A DNA stretch of 14,391 bases, taken from assembly GCA_045863395.1 (NCBI GenBank), contig BTVJ01000133.1, positions 1 through 14,391 of the forward strand. The letters run 5' to 3'. Below the pieces are notes generated by a model that was not told the DNA's origin, made no database searches, and saw only the letters and a list, made by a program, of their open reading frames with translations. The stretch comes from Myxococcales bacterium (GTDB lineage: Bacteria; Myxococcota_A; UBA9042; JABWCM01; BTVJ01). Made by a program: the position numbers and the translations under genes. Shown here one piece after another: positions 8,114 through 14,391 of the stretch. Each line of letters starts with the position of its first letter. Position 1 is the first letter of the stretch.

Positions 8114-8805
8114 TGGTCGCAGGTCCGCCGGTCGTGTTCGATGCCGTGGGCAAGCTCTACCGGGGGCCTGGCGGCGCCGTGGTCGCCCTGCGAGGGGTGT
8201 CGCTGAGCCTGCCGGCCGGGGGGGGGCTTTTGTTGGTGGGCCCTCCTGGAACGGGCAAGTCGACGCTGCTCGCGCTGGCTGGCGGCCTCCTGCGCCCGAC
8301 CACAGGCGAGGTGCACGTCGGTGACCGGGTGGTGAGCCGCTTGCCCGAGCACGCCCTAGCGCGCTTCCGGCAGGAGAGCGTCGGTGTGCTCTTCCAGGCG
8401 TTTCGGTTGCTGCGTGGGCTCACTGCGCTGGAGAACGTCGAGTTGGCGCTCGTCCCGGCGGGCCTGAGCAGGCGGGAGCGGCGAGAGCGGTCGGGCGCGG
8501 CGCTGGAGGAGCTGGGCATGGCGCACAGGGCCGAGTTCCGCGTGAACGACCTGAGCGGTGGGGAGCAGCAGCGGGTTGCGCTCGCGCGGGCGCTGGTGGG
8601 CGACCCGGCGCTGCTGCTGGCGGACGAGCCCACGTCCAGCGTGGACAGGACCACGGCCGAGGCGGTGCTGTCCCGGCTGCTGGAGCGGAAGGAGGCGGGG
8701 GCGACCGTCATCCTCGCCTCGCATGACCCTGGCCTGGTCCACGCTGCGGGGCTCGTGGATCGGGTGGCGCGCTTCGAGCCGGGCGGGGTGGTGCATGTGG
8801 AATAG
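8113..8805 (+). CDS. ABC transporter ATP-binding protein (LolD/MacB-like), 230 aa
   Basis: Walker A GPPGTGKST, Q-loop VGVLFQAF, signature LSGGEQQRVALARAL, Walker B LLLADEPT and H-loop ASHD. TGATG overlap with the permease. Confidence 0.94.
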   Translation: MVAGPPVVFDAVGKLYRGPGGAVVALRGVSLSLPAGGGLLLVGPPGTGKSTLLALAGGLLRPTTGEVHVGDRVVSRLPEHALARFRQESVGVLFQAFRLLRGLTALENVELALVPAGLSRRERRERSGAALEELGMAHRAEFRVNDLSGGEQQRVALARALVGDPALLLADEPTSSVDRTTAEAVLSRLLERKEAGATVILASHDPGLVHAAGLVDRVARFEPGGVVHVE

Positions 8806-9883
8806 CCTGACCGTCTCCCACGTGGTGCTGACCATCGTGGCGACCGGCATGATCCTGGTCGGGGCCATCGCTGGGGTGCGCATGGCGTGGCGGTGGCCCC
8901 TCGGGGCTCCCCTCGGCGAGGACCGGGACGCATATGATCGCCAGCACCACCTGGTGGTGACGCTCCTGCGGGTGGGCACGGTCGCGACCCTGGCCGTCGT
9001 TCCCCTCTGGTTCTGGGCGCTTGCCTCTCTGGTCCCCGCCGTCGAGGGCGGCATGTGCATGGCCTCGGTGCACAACCTGGGGAGCCCCGGCTCCTGGTTT
9101 GCGTCCGGCCTCAAGGGCGCCGTGCCCGGGCTGCTGCTCTACTGGCTCGTCGTGGATCGCGCGGATCGCCGCCGCGACGACGAGGCGCTGCTCCCGCACA
9201 AGCTGAGACTGCTCCCGCCGGTGGCGGTGGCGGCGCTGTCGTCGGCGGTGCTCGACCTCCACTTCCTCTTCTCTCTGGAGCTGGGCCCGTCGCCCTGCTG
9301 CATGACCCTCTTCGACGGACCGGGTCTTGGGGCGGGGGTCGACGGCAAGCCCGGCTGGGAGTGGACCTCGCTGTTCTTCGCGGCCGTGCTGCTGCAGGTG
9401 GGGCTCGTGGCGGTGGGCCGCTTCGGCCAAGGAGTGCGCACGCTGACCCTGCTCGTGGCGCCGGTGATCGTGGTCTCGCTGGTCCTCGCCCTCCATACGC
9501 GCCTCGGGTCCGCCGTCATGGAGTTCTCCCACCACTGCATCTTCTGCGTGTGGAAGGAGGAGCCGCTGTCGTTCGTCGCCACCGTGTCCGTCGCGCTGGG
9601 GAGCTGGTGGCTCGCGGCGCGCGCTGCGCTGGGCCGCGCGCTCGGAGACCTGGGTGGGGGGAAGGGCTTGGGGGCACCGCTCGCGCTGGTGCTTGCAGGG
9701 ACTGGGGCGCTGGGGGTGCGGGCCGGCGCGCGCGACCCGCGCCGGGTCAAGCCTACTGTCATAGCCAAGTGGTGGGGGTCAAGCCCACTCAATTCTCATA
9801 TCTGGCGCGCCAGAATATGTATGGTGGGGGTCAAGCCTACTCAATTCACATATCTGGCGCGCCAGGATATGAGGATTGAGTAG
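8795..9883 (+). CDS. Polytopic membrane protein with Cys/His motifs (GGMCM, SPCCM, HHCIFC), 362 aa; C-terminal ~46 aa are repeat-derived
   Basis: ATG 8795 overlaps the end of the ATPase. About 8 hydrophobic helices. The frame reads through the palindromic cluster to TAG at 9881-9883. Confidence 0.8.
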   Translation: MWNSLTVSHVVLTIVATGMILVGAIAGVRMAWRWPLGAPLGEDRDAYDRQHHLVVTLLRVGTVATLAVVPLWFWALASLVPAVEGGMCMASVHNLGSPGSWFASGLKGAVPGLLLYWLVVDRADRRRDDEALLPHKLRLLPPVAVAALSSAVLDLHFLFSLELGPSPCCMTLFDGPGLGAGVDGKPGWEWTSLFFAAVLLQVGLVAVGRFGQGVRTLTLLVAPVIVVSLVLALHTRLGSAVMEFSHHCIFCVWKEEPLSFVATVSVALGSWWLAARAALGRALGDLGGGKGLGAPLALVLAGTGALGVRAGARDPRRVKPTVIAKWWGSSPLNSHIWRARICMVGVKPTQFTYLARQDMRIE

Positions 9884-9893
9884 GCGTGACCCC
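9744..9893. repeat. Tandem cluster of three copies of the palindromic element: B degraded (9744-~9770), C right-truncated (9771-9819), D complete (9823-9893)
   Basis: GGGTCAAGCC[T/C]ACT starts at 9744, 9776 and 9828. C and D share ATATCTGGCGCGCCAG. D folds GGGGTCA (9827-9833) onto TGACCCC (9887-9893). All align to copy A. Confidence 0.92.
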
Positions 9894-11877
9894 AACTGGT
9901 GCGCGATCCTCACCAGCCCTGACGACCACCTATTGCCGTATCTGTGAGGCCGCCTGCGGCCTGATCGTCGACGTGGACGCAGCGGGACGACCCAGCGGGC
10001 TCCGCCCCGATCCAGACCACCCGACGAGCGCCGGCTACGTGTGCAAGAAGGGCGTCCGGTTCGTAGAGGTGGCGTCGCACCCCGAGCGCTTGCTGCGCCC
10101 CCGCCAGCGGGACGCGGACGTCCCCTGGGACGCGGCCCTCGACGACGTGGCGCGGCGGCTGCGCACCATCCTGGAGGCTCACGGTCCGGATGCCGTGGCC
10201 CTCTACACGGGCAACCCGCTCGGGTTCAGCTTCCTCGGCACCCTGGCCGCGCAACGCTTCGCCCAATCCCTGGGCACACGCAACGTGTTCAGCGCGGGCA
10301 GCCAGGACGCAAACAACAAGTTCGCGGCGGGGCAGCTCATGCACGGGAGCCCGCTGCTGGCGCCCATCCCGGACCTGGAGCACGCCGACCTGGCCGTCAT
10401 GTTCGGCACCAACCCCGCGATCAGCCAGTCGAGCTTCGTGCACCTGGCCGGCGGGACGCGCGTGTTCGATGCCATGGTCGCGCGGGGGGCGAAGGTCGTC
10501 TGGGTGGATCCACGGCGCACGGAGAGCGCTCGTCGCTGGGGTGAGCACCTGCCGATTCGTGCGGGGACGGACATCGCACTGCTGCTCGCGCTCCTGCACC
10601 GCTTCCGGGACGCTTGCCCGGAGCCCCGCGGGGCCGTCGAGGGCCTCGACCGGCTCCTCGCCGTGGCGGCGCGCTTCCCCATCGACCGCGCCGCTGCCAT
10701 CACGGGGATCCCTGCGGCGCAGATCGAGGCATTGGCTGAGCGCATCGCGGCCTCGCCGACGACCACGTTCCATCTGTCGACAGGCGTCAACATGGGCGGC
10801 TTCGGCACGCTGGCCGTGGTGGCCCTCCAGGCGCTGGCGTGGCTCACGGGCAACCTGGACAGGCGGGGCGGCCTGGTCTTCGCGCCCCTCGCCGCCCCGT
10901 TCGCGCGCCTGGCTCGGAGCCTCGGCGTGGGCAAGGCGCAGAGGCCGAGCCGCATCGGTGGGTTCTCCCCGACCATCGACACGCTCCCGGCGGCCGTGCT
11001 CGCCGACGAGATCCTGACGCCTGGGGAGGGGAGGATCCGGGCGCTCGTCGTGATCGCGGGTGACCCTCTCCTGTCCATTCCTGGGGAGGGGCGGCTGCGC
11101 GAGGCGTTGTCGTCCCTCGACCTGCTGGTGACCATCGACCTGTTCCAGAACGCGACGGGCCGCCTGGCCCACTGGTGTCTCCCGGCTGCGAGCTGGCTGG
11201 AGCGCTGGGACGTCGCGACCACGACGATCCCGCTCCAGACGGCGCCGCTGGTGCAGTGGGCGGGCCCGGTCGCTCCGCCGCCCGGCGAGGCCCGCACCGA
11301 GGCGTGGATCATCGGGTCGCTGCTCCAGCGGCTGGGCCACCGGGCGGCCGGAGCCATGCTCCGGCTCCCGTATGACCGTTGGCTCCCCTCGCGGGGGTAC
11401 GGAGTGAGGACAGGGAGCGTCAAGCCGGGCAGCTACCTGGGACGTGGGCCGCTGACGCCCGGAAACCGGGTGCGCTTCTGGGATCCGGTCCTCGACGCGG
11501 AGGCTCGGCGGCTGGAGGAGACGGAGTTTGGTGACGGGTTCCTGCTGATCGGGCGCCGCCAGAAGCTGGCCCACAACTCGTGGCTGAAGGGAGGTGTGCG
11601 CACAGAGTCCGCCGTCCCGACGGCCTATCTGGCGGCCGAGGATCTTCGCCGGATCGGCGTCGACGGCGGCGGTCGCATCGAGATCGGTACATCGGCGGGG
11701 ACCGCGGTGCTCGACGCGGTGCCCGAGGCCGGCATGAGCCCCGGCACGGTCTGCATCCCCCACGGCCTCGAGGCCCTCAACGTCAACGCGCTGATCCCTT
11801 CGGGCGTCGCTGCGGTCGAGCCGGCGAGCGGTCAGCACAGGATGACGGCGGTCTCTGTGGAAGTGCGGGCGGGGTAG
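9886..11877 (+). CDS. Molybdopterin (bis-MGD/DMSO reductase superfamily) oxidoreductase with N-terminal 4Fe-4S motif, 663 aa
   Basis: TYCRICEAACG...YVCKKG (CxxCxxxC...C), GTNPAISQ, VDPRRTESA, LTGNLDRRGG, IDLFQNAT, LPAASWLER and a C-terminal binding domain (GRRQ..HNSW, PGTVCIPHG, NVNAL). No Tat signal is visible. Confidence 0.92.
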   Translation: MTPTGARSSPALTTTYCRICEAACGLIVDVDAAGRPSGLRPDPDHPTSAGYVCKKGVRFVEVASHPERLLRPRQRDADVPWDAALDDVARRLRTILEAHGPDAVALYTGNPLGFSFLGTLAAQRFAQSLGTRNVFSAGSQDANNKFAAGQLMHGSPLLAPIPDLEHADLAVMFGTNPAISQSSFVHLAGGTRVFDAMVARGAKVVWVDPRRTESARRWGEHLPIRAGTDIALLLALLHRFRDACPEPRGAVEGLDRLLAVAARFPIDRAAAITGIPAAQIEALAERIAASPTTTFHLSTGVNMGGFGTLAVVALQALAWLTGNLDRRGGLVFAPLAAPFARLARSLGVGKAQRPSRIGGFSPTIDTLPAAVLADEILTPGEGRIRALVVIAGDPLLSIPGEGRLREALSSLDLLVTIDLFQNATGRLAHWCLPAASWLERWDVATTTIPLQTAPLVQWAGPVAPPPGEARTEAWIIGSLLQRLGHRAAGAMLRLPYDRWLPSRGYGVRTGSVKPGSYLGRGPLTPGNRVRFWDPVLDAEARRLEETEFGDGFLLIGRRQKLAHNSWLKGGVRTESAVPTAYLAAEDLRRIGVDGGGRIEIGTSAGTAVLDAVPEAGMSPGTVCIPHGLEALNVNALIPSGVAAVEPASGQHRMTAVSVEVRAG

Positions 11878-11935
11878 TTGACCCCGATCCTTGTCCCCGA
11901 ACCTGACCACCATCCTGACGGGACCCCCAACGGGG
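11870..11935. repeat. Mini-hairpin CGGGGT-AGTTG-ACCCCG plus degenerate 12-13-bp tandem units between convergent genes
   Basis: Stem 11870-11875/11881-11886. Units TGACCCCGATCC (11879), TGTCCCCGAACC (11892), TGACCACCATCC (11904) and TGACGGGACCCC (11916). Confidence 0.55.
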
Positions 11936-14391
11936 CTACGAGAGCAATCGCTGGAGCCAGGGGCGGTCGCCGGCCAACAGCAGGTCGCGGGTGGTGGCGT
12001 AGGCGTCGGGGCCGAGGGGGGCCGGGCGGCGCTTCGCGTGGGCAGCGCGGTTGCGGAGCGGGGCGAGGTGGTTCGCCAGGTGGGAGACGCGCTCGGTGGG
12101 GTCGGTGTCCGTCAGGGCGCGGCGGGGTCGGGGCGGGAGCGCGGCGATGGACAGCGCCAGGTGGTGTGCCAGCGGGTGGGTGCCGGGCGGCGGCGTCGAC
12201 GCCAGGACGTCGAGGGGGGCGGTGGCAAGGGTGTCCGCGAGGGTGCCGGCGGCGCCCAGGGTGGGACCGCCCTGGGACTCCATGCGGCGCAGGGCCTCGA
12301 TGGCGCGGGCGGGGAGATCGGTGCCGGAGCTTCGCTGCTCGCGGAGCCAGGCCGCGTCCTCGCGGGACAGGCGCGGCGTGATGGAGCGCATGAGCGGAGC
12401 GAGGGCGGCCTCCGTGGCGCGGCCCAGGTAGAGGACCGCCGGTGCGTGGTCTCCATCGAGCGCGGGTGCGATGGCGCGAAGGCGCTCCGCCATCGCAAGC
12501 TCGCGGAGCAGGGCGGCCGGCAGGTCTGCGGCCCAGGCCTCGGGCGGCGGGGAGACGGCGCGGGGGGCGAGGAGGCGCTCCCGCAGCAGGTCGAGCAGTC
12601 GCCGCAGCTCGCGGGCGAGGCGGTCGGCTTCGGGGCTCTCGGCGGCGCCTGCGCGGGCCACGAGGGCGTCCGCGTCGAGGATCGTCCGGCGGCGGGCTGC
12701 GAGGAGCGTCGTCACGTCCACGCCGGGGGTGTGGAGGTCCGCGAGGACGTCATTGATCGCGCCCAGGTGCCGTGCGGTCGCAGCCAGCAGCGCGGCCTGG
12801 CTCGAGATGACCTCGTCCTTTCTGGCGAGCCGCGCTGCCCGGGCCTCGGCGGCGAGCGCCTTGCCCACCTCTTCGACGTCCACGCCCGGCAGGGCCTCGC
12901 CGAACGGGCGAGCGAAGGTCCGGGCCAGCTCTCCCGCACGCTCCTTGTCGTCGGGCGGCCACCCCGCCGCGTCCTCCAGGCCGGCGAGCAGAACCGTCGC
13001 GGCGCGGTCTGCGACGCGCACGAGGGCGGGATCCGGCGGGAGGGCGCCCAGAAGGCGCCGCTTGGGGACAAGGGTCGGGAGTGCCACAGCGCGCTCCAGG
13101 GCGGCGAGGGCCAGCGCTCGGGTCTGCGGTGTGGCGCGCCGCGCCTCGAGCAGGAAGGAGACCAGCGCCATCCCCTGACCGCCGGCGCGCCCGAGGAGCC
13201 CGAGGTCGGCCAGGGGCGTCCCGGGCACGGCGAGCGCCGCGACCTCCGGCAGGTCGCCGAGGCGTGCGGCGCGAGCGACGAGGCGCCCCTCCAGCACCTG
13301 GAGGGCGCGGTCGAGGGCCTGAGGTCCGACGCGGGCGTGCAGGGCGGCCCGCGCCTTGGCGCACGCCCGCAGGTCGTCGCCGCGGGTCGGCATCACCTCG
13401 GCGCGCGCCGCCTCCAGGCAGGCGAGCAGGGAGTCGTAGGCGGCGACGTCGCCGAGGGCCAGCGCGGTGCCGTAGACCCAGCAGGCGAGTCCCACGGCGT
13501 CCACGCGCGGGTCGTCGAGGGGTGCCGTGGCCAGATGCCCACCGGCCTCGATGATCGGGGCCAGCGGCGGAGAGAAGGGGGCACCCTCGGCGGTCGCGGT
13601 GGCGCGGATCAGCGCGACGGCGGACCGCACAGCCTCGGGGTGGGCGATCAGCCACGGGCCGAGCTCCGTCAGGCCGGCGCTCCCTCCGGGCGGCGGCTCT
13701 GCACCGGAGCGGCCGTCTGGCGACTCGGCTGCGAAGACATCCCACGCCGGCGCGCCCGTGCGGAGCGGGAGCCACAACGCGAGGGCGGCGCGCGCCACGC
13801 GGTGGTCCTGCAGCGGGCCAAGCCCGAGCCCCCACCCCACCGCCGACGCCAGCTCAATCGGGCACCGCGAGAGCCCGAAGCCGCCCGCCCCGAGCGCCGC
13901 GTCCACCTCGCCGAGCAGAGTGGGGTCCGCGACCCCCAGGCTCGCGGTCCACGCGACGAGCCCCACCCACCCGAAGCGCGGCGAGGGGGGCGGTCCTGGC
14001 TGCCCGGTCTCGGCCAGAACCGCAGCCACGTCCGGGGTGGGCGCATCCGCAGCGCGAATCGTACGCACGGTGAAGCGGAGCGCGCTGGGGTTGGGAGAGC
14101 CGAGCCGGGTTGCTCGAACGAAGCACGCGGCGGCGGCCAAGGGCGGCTCCCGGGGCAGGAGGTCGAAGGTGCCGGCGGCGAGCATCGCTCGCACCTCGGT
14201 GCCCCTGGTCAGCCCTGCCGCGTCTACTAGAATCACACCGACACCGTGCCACGAAGGGGCGTGGTGGGGGTCGAGGACCACGGCGCGCGCCTTCGCGAAG
14301 GCCTCGGCCCGCAGGGGATCTGTCTCGCGGAGGGCCTCGGCCAGCTCTGCCCGCGCCACCGCGACGGCCTCGTCGCCCCGGTGGTCGCGGC
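11936..14391 (-). CDS. Large alpha-helical (TPR-like N-terminal part) protein with putative C-terminal HEPN-like domain; 5'-partial, >800 aa
   Basis: The frame stays open to the window edge upstream of the track's GTG at 14359. Ala/Leu-rich helical composition, TPR-like AVVLDPHHAPSWHGVGVIL, and near the C-terminus DHAPAVLYLGRATE and LRNRAAH. Confidence 0.72.
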   Translation of the reverse strand, partial: RDHRGDEAVAVARAELAEALRETDPLRAEAFAKARAVVLDPHHAPSWHGVGVILVDAAGLTRGTEVRAMLAAGTFDLLPREPPLAAAACFVRATRLGSPNPSALRFTVRTIRAADAPTPDVAAVLAETGQPGPPPSPRFGWVGLVAWTASLGVADPTLLGEVDAALGAGGFGLSRCPIELASAVGWGLGLGPLQDHRVARAALALWLPLRTGAPAWDVFAAESPDGRSGAEPPPGGSAGLTELGPWLIAHPEAVRSAVALIRATATAEGAPFSPPLAPIIEAGGHLATAPLDDPRVDAVGLACWVYGTALALGDVAAYDSLLACLEAARAEVMPTRGDDLRACAKARAALHARVGPQALDRALQVLEGRLVARAARLGDLPEVAALAVPGTPLADLGLLGRAGGQGMALVSFLLEARRATPQTRALALAALERAVALPTLVPKRRLLGALPPDPALVRVADRAATVLLAGLEDAAGWPPDDKERAGELARTFARPFGEALPGVDVEEVGKALAAEARAARLARKDEVISSQAALLAATARHLGAINDVLADLHTPGVDVTTLLAARRRTILDADALVARAGAAESPEADRLARELRRLLDLLRERLLAPRAVSPPPEAWAADLPAALLRELAMAERLRAIAPALDGDHAPAVLYLGRATEAALAPLMRSITPRLSREDAAWLREQRSSGTDLPARAIEALRRMESQGGPTLGAAGTLADTLATAPLDVLASTPPPGTHPLAHHLALSIAALPPRPRRALTDTDPTERVSHLANHLAPLRNRAAHAKRRPAPLGPDAYATTRDLLLAGDRPWLQRLLS

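Noticed and set aside
9400..9570. Heme c binding site in HHCIFC
   Set aside because: The motif is CxxC followed by V, not CxxCH.
9744..9893. CRISPR array
   Set aside because: The sequences between the repeated starts are homologous to each other and to copy A rather than unique spacers. Spacing is irregular (32 and 52 bp) and no cas genes are present.
9910..11913. 667-aa minus-strand ORF (also 3778..5427, 1461..2429, 2912..3823 and similar)
   Set aside because: These are antisense to clearly recognisable enzymes and have no recognisable domains.
11891..14230. 779-aa plus-strand ORF
   Set aside because: Antisense shadow of the minus-strand gene. Gly/Arg-rich with no motifs; long shadow ORFs are expected at this GC content.

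Overview
GC-rich bacterial window. A myxobacterial/deltaproteobacterial origin is suggested by the protein styles but is not proven. Left to right: hflX; a translationally coupled homogentisate (tyrosine catabolism) operon hppD-hmgA-FAA hydrolase-maiA; a convergent Tat-signal intradiol dioxygenase-like protein with a long acidic linker; a divergent four-gene module (small membrane-anchored protein, FtsX/MacB-type permease, ABC ATPase, Cys/His-motif membrane protein); a standalone molybdopterin oxidoreductase; and a convergent large helical protein, open at the window edge, with a C-terminal HEPN-like RxxxxH motif. The most striking non-coding signal is a family of ~70-bp palindromic elements with GGGGTCA...TGACCCC ends. 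There is one near-perfect copy at 5432-5503, a tandem cluster of three at 9744-9893, and probable remnants at the window start and at ~11870. The cluster encodes the last ~46 residues and stop codon of one gene and the only canonical start codon of the next. Two copies differ by a compensatory base-pair change. All calls come from reading the sequence; no searches were run.
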